DNA of 32,872 nt from Octopus bimaculoides (taxonomy: Eukaryota), in assembly GCF_001194135.2 (NCBI RefSeq), contig NC_068981.1, forward strand, positions 64,605,540 to 64,638,411, given 5' to 3'. The notes under the pieces are model-generated. The model was not told where the DNA came from. It saw nothing but the letters and a program-made list of their open reading frames with translations, and did no database searches. The translations under genes were made by a program, and so were the position numbers. This document shows positions 1 through 10,933 of this stretch, one piece after another (within the stretch, counting starts at the first letter, position 1; the number at the start of each line of letters is the position of its first letter).

Positions 1-41
<41 letters not shown>
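1..41. repeat. (AC)n microsatellite
   Basis: Pure AC repeat, cut by the window start. Confidence 0.98.
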
Positions 42-43
<2 letters not shown>

Positions 44-387
44 GGCATATATACATTCGCACACTTAACAGGTTTCTTTTGGTTAATGCTTATCTGCTTG
101 TGTTGCTGCTCTATAGTTTCTGAGTGACCTTTGACTCTTTTTGACTCATAGATGTCAAAGGGCGTGCGTAAAGTTATTGTTGACTATATAGCTGTATTCC
201 CGATATTTTTTTTTTTTTAAACTGGAAATAGAAATAATTATGCTGTATAATCTTTTCTTCTATCTATATTGAAGAAAATCTGATTGATGACCGGAAAATG
301 ATATCCACGGCCATTTCTAGGACAAAGACGTGTATATGAATTCAACACGTTCGCATAAGAAATAAATAACCTAGAAATACTAACCCA

Positions 388-441
388 ATCTACTAGCCCA
401 CAATTTCAGACATTCTGCCTATAGTAGAAAACATTATTATT
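388..441 (+). mobile_element. SINE family A 3' tail fragment
   Basis: aatttcagacattctgcctatagtagaaaacattattatt matches the tails of other copies (13151-13190, 18560-18598). Confidence 0.65.
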
Positions 442-458
442 GTTGTTGTTATCAAAAC

Positions 459-525
459 GGAACGACGGATGAAATACTGCTAAGCATTTCGTCCAGCGCG
501 CTGACGACTCTGCCAGCTCGCCGCC
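459..525 (-). mobile_element. SINE family A tRNA-like head fragment
   Basis: Reverse complement reads ggcggcgagctggcagagtcgtcagcgcgctggacgaaatgcttagcagtatttc, as in other family A heads. Confidence 0.85.
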
Positions 526-618
526 ATTATAACTCCAATGTAAACCGCCCACGCTTTATATTTCTCTATGTATTATCTCCCTCGTGTTTCGCAATGGTTG
601 CAAAAAAATGAAATCGTT

Positions 619-695
<77 letters not shown>
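619..695. repeat. (ATC)n(ATT)n compound microsatellite
   Basis: Direct reading; explains the poly-N/poly-D ORF. Confidence 0.98.
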
Positions 696-696
<1 letters not shown>

Positions 697-831
697 GTAT
701 ATGTCAGGAATGCGGATGATGATAGCGTGGGGCTTTCGTCTATATAACACTCATCAATTACTTAGAAAACAATCCTAACAGACCAGGAAATATTGCTTTC
801 CCTCTATACGTGCATGAGCATAAATGTGCAA

Positions 832-832
<1 letters not shown>

Positions 833-872
<40 letters not shown>

Positions 873-968
873 CGTGTGTGAATGTGTCTGTGTCTGTCTG
901 TGTATGCGTATGTATGTATGAATATATGTATACACACAAACACAGACAAAATGCACACACATGCACAC

Positions 969-999
<31 letters not shown>

Positions 1000-1016
1000 T
1001 GTATGTATGTATGTAT
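833..1016. repeat. (TG)n and (TATG)n microsatellites
   Basis: Direct reading; adjacent to a family B SINE at the position of its internal microsatellite. Confidence 0.95.
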
Positions 1017-1165
1017 TTATACGACGGGCTTCTTTCAGTTTCTGTCTGCCAACTCCACTCAATGCTCTGGTCGACCCGGTGCTATAGAACAAAATAGTCA
1101 CTTGCCCAAGGTGCTATGCGGTGGGACAGAACCCGGAACCATTCGGTTCAGACGTAAATTTCTTA
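1017..1165 (-). mobile_element. SINE family B 5' half
   Basis: atacgacgggcttctttcagtttc...cacttgcccaaggtgc...gaacccggaacca is the reverse complement of the family B head and core seen at 17792-17940. Confidence 0.9.
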
Positions 1166-1167
1166 AT

Positions 1168-1219
<52 letters not shown>

Positions 1220-1329
1220 GTAGGTAGGTAGGTAGGTAGTTAGGTAGGTAGGTAGGTAAGTTGGTAAGTAGGTAGGTAGGTATGCATGTAGGTAGGTAGG
1301 TAGGTAGAAAGATAGATAGATAGATAGAT

Positions 1330-1380
<51 letters not shown>

Positions 1381-1381
1381 A
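1168..1381. repeat. (GATA)n-(GGTA)n-(GATA)n-(GAAA)n compound microsatellite
   Basis: Direct reading. Confidence 0.98.
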
Positions 1382-2210
1382 GTGAGGCCAAGCCATAAAT
1401 ATATATTCTCATTAAACAATTCATACGTTGCTGGCAATGAAAGCGTTTCTGAAAGGGTAATAGAGTGCATCTATGAAGGCAAATGTGTAGTTAAAACTGT
1501 CGAAATGTAAGCAAACCTGCTAGAATATAGTTAAGTGTTCAAGTGTACAATAAAGTGGATATATTCAAAATGAAAATCGATAATGCTGTAAACTATATTG
1601 TCAAGCTGCCATCACTAAAAATGACCGCCATAAACTATCTCTGAGCAGGAAGACACTGGTTTACTTCAGTTCGCTATTGTCCTAATGTAAGCTAGATCAG
1701 AGATCAACAAATATTTTATTTTGTTTTATTTCATTTTATTTTAGTTTAGTTTAGTTTATTATTATTATATATCCTCCGTCTCCTTTGCTGATCACGCCAT
1801 CTCGACTACCGCTCCTAGAAATAAGAATTCTTCGTGTATTTATACTTTCGTTATTCTGTCGTTCGTGTTGATATTCGCTGTTTTTGGTAATTTTTGTTGT
1901 TGTTGTTGTAGTTATTTTTTAAGGGTTGCTGTGGGTGTTATTTCGCTTAGCTGCATGTTAACTCTTCTCGGACAGGCGTATGATCAAAGCAATTACTATC
2001 GTATTCATCCCCTCCTTTTACGGGTGTATTTAAGACTACGTTATTCTATGTGTCATTTAAGATGATACGATGTGGCCTGTGGAAAATTCAGCTGTTGTTT
2101 CAAGTATGTAAAGCGGTTGCCTTGTGACCACCTCGTTGACTAGCTTGATCGATAGACTATAAGACTCGTGTGATGGTATGGATGTTATTGCGCGTCGTTT
2201 ATATTATCGT

Positions 2211-2330
2211 AGTGACGAGCCATCAGAGTTGCTAGCGCTTCGGACAAAATGCTATGCCTTACTTCTTCTGACTCTACGTTTTGAGTTCAAATCCCACTTT
2301 ACTTCTCATGTTTTAAAGGTCAGGGTTGAA
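2211..2330 (+). mobile_element. Degraded SINE family A head
   Basis: gacgagccatcagagttgctagcgcttcggacaaaatgct...gagttcaaatccc, with recognisable A and B boxes. Confidence 0.65.
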
Positions 2331-2499
2331 TATGAATTCAACATGTTTGCATTTCAAATTAATAGCATAAAAATACAAACCCAATCATATGGTCAGGGCT
2401 GAAGTATACATGCTACCAAAATTAGCATAGAACTGGCTGAGCTTCAACAAACCAACATTGAAGTACGATAGAGTCTAGACAGTGGAGACGTTAAGTGTT

Positions 2500-3160
2500 A
2501 TGTGGATGTCTCGAGAAAGTCTCGTAGATAATCCATGTACAAAGGTTTTGAATGTTTGGGGAGGTTGAGTTTGAGTGTGAGGAGGAGGAACAAAGAGGGT
2601 ATATGGAGTGAATGTATCAGTAAAGAAGAATACGAGATTAGCTGGAGTAGAGTGATGAATAATGCGCATAAAAAGGTTGATTTCTGCACTGGCAGCATCA
2701 CAATGGTATATGAACACCAAGAAACATTGAGAGTGTTGAACTCATCGAACATGATGACCACAGAAGCGAGTGAAGTGAGAAGCATGCAGAAAGACATAAT
2801 CAAAAAGTTGTTGGTGTTTGAAAGCGCTTGGAGAGCGGTAAACAAAAAGGTTGGATTGGAGGAATTAGGGAGGGAAGTTTTAAGCCAGAGAAACTAGAAG
2901 GCACAGTTGTTGACATCCAGGTGAGAGACATGAGTGTCTATAGGAAAGAAGTCTACCATGCATAGAGACCATGTTTCAAATGAACTTTCAAAAGAGTGTC
3001 TAGCCTGGACAGCAGAGATAGATTAAAGTTAAGGGTTGAGTTATTTTCGGAAAGGAACAGAATGTGTGATTTGTGTATCAGTAGGAGGTTATTGTGTAGA
3101 GTCTGTGAAGCTTAGAAGAAAGGGGTAGAATTATCCAGCAGAATAATATTTAGTTTTTAG
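2500..3160 (-). mobile_element. Decayed APE-type endonuclease domain of a non-LTR retrotransposon (CR1/L2/Jockey group)
   Basis: Minus-strand translation across frameshifts gives HILFLSE (3046-3066), HGLYAW, FLWLKTSLP, VVIMFDEFN (GDFN-like, 2735-2746), W, LLQLIS, PSLFLLLT. This is the motif order of LINE ORF2 endonucleases. Stops and frameshifts are present. Confidence 0.75.
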
Positions 3161-3212
3161 CATTTAGGGGGTGTCCAGGCGAAACCAAGTTCAGAGATTT
3201 TAATGGCTTTGT

Positions 3213-3381
3213 GAGTTTGAGTTTGGATGTGAAGTAGAGAGTCAAAAGTATTAGGAGCAAATGTATCAGTCAAGAAGAATGCGAGACTAATTAGTGTCGA
3301 GTGATGAAAATATGCAAGACAAAGAAACAAAAATGGTTGTTGATCATGAATTCAGAAAACAGTGAAGTGAGAAACATGCAG
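3213..3381 (-). mobile_element. Second, diverged fragment of the same LINE endonuclease region
   Basis: gagtttgagt...aatgtatcagt.aagaagaat.cgaga...gagtgatgaa...agtgaagtgaga.catgcag also occurs at 2567-2789. Confidence 0.65.
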
Positions 3382-3916
3382 ATAGGCGCTGATAGGCCGA
3401 GTGCTCACGCTAATCCCCTACCAGGAGCTTAATATAAATGTCTGTAATATATTGAAAGGCACACATGGATCAAGTGATGATGTTAAATAGGTGAATATCG
3501 TATGCCTACCACCCAACATACCAAAAGATCAATAAGATGGTGTTGTCTGCGCCATATACAAGAGGGTAATATCTACTCAGCTGTAAACGGGAACCGACTG
3601 GTTTCTAGTACAGCTTTCTCTGCTTCCGGGTTTCATATTCTATGTTCCGCCGAGTCAAGGATTTTGACGGCCAAAAGGATCTCTTAGTCTCCTCTCAACT
3701 ATATAGGCAAGTAAAACAATGCGCGAAAGCACAGTCCATGTTACCAAGCCACACTTGCTTGCAAAGATTATGCCGTATTTTTAAGGGCTATATTCTTAGG
3801 GCATTAACAATCTAGATACGAAGCAAACACTCTCGCATCAGCAATTCGAAGATTTTCAGTAGGTGGAAGAACAGAGACGATTAATCCGAGCTGTTACACT
3901 ACGCAAAGAGGTGTGC

Positions 3917-3954
3917 GTCTATATATATAATGTATGTGCACATATATATTATAT

Positions 3955-3993
<39 letters not shown>

Positions 3994-4056
3994 TACATTT
4001 ATATATAAACATGCGTGTGTATATGCATATATATACATGCATGTTTGTAACCACAA

Positions 4057-4087
<31 letters not shown>

Positions 4088-4228
4088 TTATGTGCGTATG
4101 TATGTGTGTGCACATGTGTAACTGTGTCTGCGTGTGTGCGTATATCTGTAAATAAGGTTTGATGCAAAAATTTACCCAAAAACTCACACATACACACTCG
4201 CTAACACACACACATACACTCGTTTACA

Positions 4229-4269
<41 letters not shown>

Positions 4270-4290
4270 TCTCACATGCAAATATATATG
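3917..4290. repeat. (AT)n/(TG)n/(AC)n microsatellite-rich tract
   Basis: Direct reading. Confidence 0.93.
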
Positions 4291-4599
4291 CGCGCACAGT
4301 CTTAAGTTCTAACATATTCCACATGGTTTCCACCCCATGTATGGTTTATTCGCCTTATCTTCGAAGCGATCACTTGTCTAATTCTTGACATATGTATCGG
4401 CATATATAGTTAAGTAACTACAAGACAACTGCCCCACCCCGATGATATGCTCAGCCACCCTACTGAAGGCGTCAAGTCTAATTTCTTAACTGGCGCGGCG
4501 AGTATTTTTTATTTTGCTGCTTTTTCTATTTTGTTTTACTTTAGTTTATTTATTGTATACGATGACAAAAGAATAAAACAATGTACACAAGGAGAGAAA

Positions 4600-4859
4600 T
4601 AAACAAAGAAAAAAAAAAGAAGGGAAAGAAAGTAAAACGGAAAGAAAGAAAGAAAGAATGATAGAAAGAAAGAAAGAAAGACAGACAGAAGACAGAAAGA
4701 AAGGAATAAACACTGGTTGGTAAAATGAACCATCCAAATTAAAAGAGAAAAGAGAAAGAACCATACAAATATATATATATAGAGAGAGAGAGAACAGGAA
4801 CTGTATAGATGAGCATGTATGTATGAATGTATGTATCTGTATGTGTGTGTTTGTGAATG

Positions 4860-4891
<32 letters not shown>
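4600..4891. repeat. (GAAA)n, (AT)n(AG)n and (TATG)n low-complexity tract
   Basis: Direct reading. Confidence 0.88.
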
Positions 4892-5497
4892 ATTGTGTCG
4901 TCGGGGATTAAACTGGCAATCCCAGTAAGTTTTCTTGCTGGGATTGCTAGTTAAGGAGAATGATTGGACATCCTGCAGGATGAAAAACAAAGCCTGTCAA
5001 AGGGCGGATAAACTCATTCAAACAAACGGCCATACAATACTGTGCACACACAAGCTTGATCTTGCTATTTCTCAGGAACAGCGGTAGTTCCTGCAGCAAC
5101 TGTCGACAAACTGGTGACTTTGGTACGAAAAACATAGTGGCTGTGCTGAGAATCAAACGTGTTTGCAACAATGAGCAGGCACACCAGGTTCAATCAGCAT
5201 AGAACTATGAGAATGAGAATGTAGGTACGGTGTACCACATTAATGAGAGTGAGTGACCCTTAGTCCCAGTGAGGACATCACTCGAGGAAAAGAAAAACCT
5301 TAATGTAAATCCTGCGACTCGACGGCAGTCATTGATGTTAACTAGTTCTTTGGGAGGTATTTGCCATCATTGTTCAGAGAGTGGGACTGGTTATGTGCCA
5401 GACGCCCTCCTCATTTCAAAAAAGCGTCATGCGCAGGCATCGCTTGGTGTACTAGAATCGTCATCTTATACTCGAGAACGAGGAAGCGATTATTATG
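4892..5497 (+). mobile_element. Putative RTE-like non-autonomous retroelement (5' structured region joined to an ORF C-terminus remnant)
   Basis: The 3' part translates as GICHHCS...KRH (5356 onward), resembling the C2H2-like end of RTE-clade ORFs, followed by a short simple-repeat tail. The 5' part has a strong hairpin. (TATG)n lies on both sides. The clade call is from memory of motifs only. Confidence 0.45.
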
Positions 5498-5730
5498 TGT
5501 ATGTATGTATGTCATCATTCAGTTTTATTTCAGGATTTCTTGCCAACATAGAAAGAGTCAGTTTCTAACCTACATCCAAGGAGAATCTACAAGAATAGAT
5601 GCAAGCGCTAATATTTATAAAACATGTGACATATTAATAAAAATCTGTAAATGTACAACCATCCAGATATCTCAGTACCTTATTATTTTTTCTAATATAT
5701 AATTCCTGTACATCGCCTCCAAACCTTCCA

Positions 5731-5773
<43 letters not shown>

Positions 5774-5782
5774 TTATATATA

Positions 5783-6349
5783 NNNNNNNNNNNNNNNNNN
5801 NNNNNNNNNNNNNNNNNNNNNNNNNNNNNNNNNNNNNNNNNNNNNNNNNNNNNNNNNNNNNNNNNNNNNNNNNNNNNNNNNNNNNNNNNNNNNNNNNNNN
5901 NNNNNNNNNNNNNNNNNNNNNNNNNNNNNNNNNNNNNNNNNNNNNNNNNNNNNNNNNNNNNNNNNNNNNNNNNNNNNNNNNNNNNNNNNNNNNNNNNNNN
6001 NNNNNNNNNNNNNNNNNNNNNNNNNNNNNNNNNNNNNNNNNNNNNNNNNNNNNNNNNNNNNNNNNNNNNNNNNNNNNNNNNNNNNNNNNNNNNNNNNNNN
6101 NNNNNNNNNNNNNNNNNNNNNNNNNNNNNNNNNNNNNNNNNNNNNNNNNNNNNNNNNNNNNNNNNNNNNNNNNNNNNNNNNNNNNNNNNNNNNNNNNNNN
6201 NNNNNNNNNNNNNNNNNNNNNNNNNNNNNNNNNNNNNNNNNNNNNNNNNNNNNNNNNNNNNNNNNNNNNNNNNNNNNNNNNNNNNNNNNNNNNNNNNNNN
6301 NNNNNNNNNNNNNNNNNNNNNNNNNNNNNNNNNNNNNNNNNNNNNNNNN
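5783..6349. other. Assembly gap (N run)
   Basis: Ns flanked by (AT)n and (TG)n. Other gaps: 9684-10436, 10937-11820, 14480-14489, 17331-17443, 18244-18337, 21038-21087, 21988-21997, 23752-23819, 24495-25065, 26716-26725, 28237-28246. Confidence 0.98.
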
Positions 6350-6374
6350 TGTGTGTGTGTGTGTGTGTGTGTGT

Positions 6375-6550
6375 ATAGTTGAAATTTACAGAAAAACAAA
6401 AGACGAAGACAGTTGTATGTACAACAAGCAGGTGTATTAGTTTGACGCTCGGAAAGTGAGAAAGTCTTTTACATTTCGAGCGTACGTTCTTCAACAGAAA
6501 GGAACGCGAGAAAATAAACAGAGAGAGAATAAGAAAACCTTTAGTGGTTA
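6375..6550 (-). mobile_element. Putative Penelope-like element terminal-repeat remnant
   Basis: Minus strand has ctgttgaagaacgtacgctcgaaatgtaaaag, a variant of the CTGATGAAGAGC-n4-GCTCGAAACGT motif typical of PLE pseudo-LTRs. Confidence 0.45.
6466..6501 (-). ncRNA. Degenerate minimal hammerhead ribozyme-like motif
   Basis: CUUU-CUGUUGA-A-GAAC-GUAC-GCUC-GAAA-U-GUA-AAAG: stem I CUUU/AAAG, stem II with one mismatch, GAAA, then GUA. A6 is replaced by U, so this copy is probably inactive. Confidence 0.35.
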
Positions 6551-6810
6551 CCGGTCAATCGTGGCGATATATATAAATATCTTTAAACATTCACTGATAT
6601 TCACTCATTCACTTTAATCACGTAGATTTTTCACCAATTCAATCTTCCACTTCAAGCATTAAATTACGCATTCATTCATTAATACAATCTATCAATTATC
6701 AATTTAATCGTTCAGCTTCATACATACTCGATTCTTTCAATTAAGGGCCACCACTCATTCTTGATGATTTCCTATTCAAAATCCCAGCCAGACAAGTAAA
6801 CATTTCTTTT

Positions 6811-6986
6811 TGTCCATTCTTATATTCATTCCCTATTTCGCTTTTTCGCACCACTCATTCAATTACTTATGGACTCATTCTTTCGTTCATTCAAATTATT
6901 CATTCGCCCTTTTCCTAATTCACTCATTGTTGTACTCTGTTCTTCAATCACTCAATACACTCAACCAATCAGTTATTCACTCGACC
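6811..6986 (+). repeat. 176-bp direct repeat, copy 1
   Basis: Aligns without gaps to 8350-8525; I count 9 mismatches by hand. Confidence 0.95.
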
Positions 6987-7545
6987 ATTCATTCATCCAA
7001 GCCTTCTTTCATTCGATCACTTGCTCACTCATTCACCCATTCATGTACTCAATCATTTATCTAGACACCCGTTCATCCAAACATTTACTCATCTATTTGT
7101 TTATTCACTCTTTCATTCGCTGAAGAATTTATTACTTCATTCATTCATTCACTCACTCTATCATCCCCATTCGTTTATTGATTCTCATTCATTCATCAAT
7201 TCAATCAGTCATCCTTAATTTAATTATTCGTTTATTCATTGGTGCAGTCATTCATTTACTAATTCAGCTGTTGTCTCATTCCCACAAACATTCAGCCACT
7301 CATTCACTTTCCCAGTCACCGCAATCTAATGACTCATTCACTGGACTCCTCATTTATTCATTCGTTTTCCCATTCACTCGCTCGTTCATGTACTGGTTCA
7401 TTTACTCTTTCATTCCACAGCTTCCTCATTCGCCTCATTATATATTCATTAACTGAAGCAATTCACTCATTCAAGTGCATGGCCACTTTCCTTCTCTGTC
7501 ATTCAATAACTCACTCAATCTCTGATTCATTCTTCTAAATTATTC

Positions 7546-7706
7546 GGGCGTGGCTGGTTGTGAGGTAAGAAATTTGCTTCCTGATAACATAGTTCTGAGT
7601 TCAGTCCCAAGGCGTGGCACATTGGGGAAATGACTTCAACTATAGCTTCGGGCCGACCAGAGCTTTGTAAGTTGATTTAGCAGACGGAAACTGAAAGAAG
7701 TCCGTC

Positions 7707-7749
<43 letters not shown>

Positions 7750-8016
7750 TATGAATATATGTATGTATGTATACATGTATATATGCATGTCTGTGTGTAT
7801 ACATACATAAATACAGTCATACATATATGTATGTGTGTCGTTGTGTCGTTGTCCCCCGCCAGCTCTTGACAACCGGTGTTTGTATATTTACGTCACCATA
7901 ACTTAGCAGTTCGACTAGAAAGACCGACATAATAAGTACCAGGCTTTAAAAAAAATTAAGTGCTTTGGTCCATTCGTTCGACTAGAATCCTTCAGGCGGT
8001 GCTCCAGCGTGGCCAC
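7546..8016 (+). mobile_element. SINE family B, near full length, with internal microsatellite
   Basis: Head with B box gagttcagtccc, core ggcacattggggaaatgacttc...gacggaaactgaaagaagtccgtcg, internal (TG)/(TATG) array, 3' part cttgacaaccgg...ggcggtgctccagcgtggcc. Confidence 0.92.
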
Positions 8017-8017
8017 A

Positions 8018-8231
8018 TTCTTATTTCTGTATTGCCCACAAGGGCCTAAACATAGAGGAGACAAACAAGGACAGACAAGGGGATTAAGTCGATTACATCG
8101 AACCCAGTGTGCAACTGGTACTTAATTTATCGACCCCGAAAGGATGAAAGGCAAAGTCGACCTTGGCGGAATTTGAACTCACATCGTAGCGACAGACGAA
8201 ATACCGCTAAGCATTTCGCCCAGCGTGCTAA
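8018..8231 (-). mobile_element. SINE family A variant with an alternative 3' tail
   Basis: Family A body (gaaatgcttagcggtatttcgtc...gagttcaaattccgccaaggtcgactttgcctttcatcctttcggggtcgataaa) followed by the tail ttgtttgtctcctctatgtttaggcccttgtgggcaatacagaaataagaa, unlike other copies. Confidence 0.9.
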
Positions 8232-8349
8232 TAACCGAAACAAGTACGAAATAAAATATAAATCAACCTTCCTTAGTCATTTATTCAGTTGCTTCAGTCG
8301 TTTATTCACAACGTTCTCACTCATTCATTCGTTCGCCCCTTTATTCATA

Positions 8350-8525
8350 TGTCCATTCTTACATTCATTCACTATTTTGCTTTTTCGCACCACTCATTCA
8401 ATTACTTATGGACTCATTCTTTCGCTCATTCAAATTATCCATTCGCCCTTTTCCTAATTCACTCATTCTTGTACTCTGTTCTTCAGTCACGAAATACACT
8501 CAACCAATCAGTTATTCACTCGACC
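8350..8525 (+). repeat. 176-bp direct repeat, copy 2
   Basis: See 6811-6986. Confidence 0.95.
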
Positions 8526-9299
8526 TTATTGAACTCATTCACTGAATCTCAATAAACCATAAACCAACACGTAACACTCATTCTCATACTATCACATTTT
8601 CAATCGTTCATTCTGCATCTATCCATCACCCTGTATATCTTTCACTACTCACACTCTTTCAAAATTCATTCATTCAATTATTCATTCCTTCAATCTTTCT
8701 CCATCATTCTCTCTCTTTCTCTCTCTCTCACTCCTACACACATCTACTTATCATCTTATGCATGTTTCTAACACTCCTCGTCTTCAATCATTATTAAACT
8801 CATTCATTCAATCAATCAGTCATTCAATGGCGCTTTTCTCGCCATCTCGCTGACTCTCGCTCTTCCCATTTTCTCTCTTACTCTTTCTCTCCTCCTCCTT
8901 CCATCCCTCCCACTATCGCTATATCATTCTCTGTTATAGTCAACGCCAATATCTCCTCCTCCTCCCACCACAGTGTTAGACACATCACGTTTGCTTCACA
9001 GCCTGCTAGTCACATCCCACATTTCCACACTTCATTCTCCGCCTCTTTCACAGCATACGCTTGTTTCAGTATGTATTCATAATGTTTCACAATCAGCTAA
9101 TATATGCATGTGCGTGCGTGTGTCTGTGTTTCTGCAGGTATGTGTGTGTTTGAGTGTGTGTGTGTGTAACTAGTTAAGGCCACACCCTCTTCCCTCAAGT
9201 CCCACCCATTTGTAAACTGTAAACAAACAAGTTTTTCATTTTCCGTCTTGATAAACTACGAAATGCATAGACACACAAAAACACACGCAAATGCAAGCA

Positions 9300-9534
9300 T
9301 ACACAAACTCCCACGCACGCACACACACACACACACACATACACACACATACATGAACATATACACATTCACACGTACACACACATATGAGGGAGTGTGT
9401 GTGTGTTATGCGTCTGTTTCCCATCATCTTTTCATCAATTAATGAATTTATCTATCAATCCAATAATAGACATTCGTACTCTCTTTCCCTCCCCCCTTAT
9501 TTCGTGACATATTTATACATACATACATGCATAC

Positions 9535-9567
<33 letters not shown>

Positions 9568-9683
9568 AGTGTATATATACACACACATATATATATACAT
9601 ACATACATATAGATATAATTATATACATATATATATATACATGCATACGTATATAAATATATATATATATGTATATATATATA
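9300..9683. repeat. (AC)n/(AT)n/(TG)n microsatellite-rich tract ending in a gap
   Basis: Direct reading. Confidence 0.9.
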
Positions 9684-10436
9684 NNNNNNNNNNNNNNNNN
9701 NNNNNNNNNNNNNNNNNNNNNNNNNNNNNNNNNNNNNNNNNNNNNNNNNNNNNNNNNNNNNNNNNNNNNNNNNNNNNNNNNNNNNNNNNNNNNNNNNNNN
9801 NNNNNNNNNNNNNNNNNNNNNNNNNNNNNNNNNNNNNNNNNNNNNNNNNNNNNNNNNNNNNNNNNNNNNNNNNNNNNNNNNNNNNNNNNNNNNNNNNNNN
9901 NNNNNNNNNNNNNNNNNNNNNNNNNNNNNNNNNNNNNNNNNNNNNNNNNNNNNNNNNNNNNNNNNNNNNNNNNNNNNNNNNNNNNNNNNNNNNNNNNNNN
10001 NNNNNNNNNNNNNNNNNNNNNNNNNNNNNNNNNNNNNNNNNNNNNNNNNNNNNNNNNNNNNNNNNNNNNNNNNNNNNNNNNNNNNNNNNNNNNNNNNNNN
10101 NNNNNNNNNNNNNNNNNNNNNNNNNNNNNNNNNNNNNNNNNNNNNNNNNNNNNNNNNNNNNNNNNNNNNNNNNNNNNNNNNNNNNNNNNNNNNNNNNNNN
10201 NNNNNNNNNNNNNNNNNNNNNNNNNNNNNNNNNNNNNNNNNNNNNNNNNNNNNNNNNNNNNNNNNNNNNNNNNNNNNNNNNNNNNNNNNNNNNNNNNNNN
10301 NNNNNNNNNNNNNNNNNNNNNNNNNNNNNNNNNNNNNNNNNNNNNNNNNNNNNNNNNNNNNNNNNNNNNNNNNNNNNNNNNNNNNNNNNNNNNNNNNNNN
10401 NNNNNNNNNNNNNNNNNNNNNNNNNNNNNNNNNNNN

Positions 10437-10473
<37 letters not shown>

Positions 10474-10606
10474 CATAAACAAGAATACTATTGAAAAGTG
10501 ACTTCAAAGTTTCGACTAGCTAAGCCAATCAGCCTATCAGCTTAATATAAAATAATTTTTACTATAACTGAACATAAAGACACATTATAATATTTAATAT
10601 ATATTT

Positions 10607-10657
10607 GTGCTCCACCATGGCCGCAGTCAAATATCTAAAGCAAATAAAAGAATAAAA
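10607..10657 (+). mobile_element. SINE family B 3' end fragment
   Basis: gtgctccaccatggccgcagtcaaat...aataaaagaataaaa matches 18133-18190. Confidence 0.75.
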
Positions 10658-10898
10658 TGATACACACACACACACACACATACACTCAGAGTCAGATAGA
10701 GGTACAGAGAATGAGAGAGGAGAGAGAGGAAGAGAGAAAAAATATAGATAGATAGATAGATCGACAGATAGATATTTGCATTCGTATACATGTACTTATA
10801 TATATTTATACATCGATACACACGCATGTGTAGATATATATATTTTATATGTGTATGTGAGTGTGTGTGTGTATTATGTATGTACGTATGTATGTATG

Positions 10899-10933
<35 letters not shown>

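Larger units (their letters stand above)
6590..8830. repeat. Degenerate (TTCA)n-derived low-complexity region interrupted by SINEs
   Basis: Pervasive cattcatt/cactcatt words, giving the His/Ser/Phe/Ile-rich spurious ORFs. Confidence 0.85.

Noticed and set aside
2535-2897. 120-aa plus-strand ORF
   Set aside because: It is the antisense shadow of the decayed LINE endonuclease on the minus strand.
6811-8525. LTR retrotransposon or TRIM reading of the 176-bp direct repeats
   Set aside because: No shared CA end, PBS, PPT or TSD; the interior is SINEs and TTCA-like sequence.
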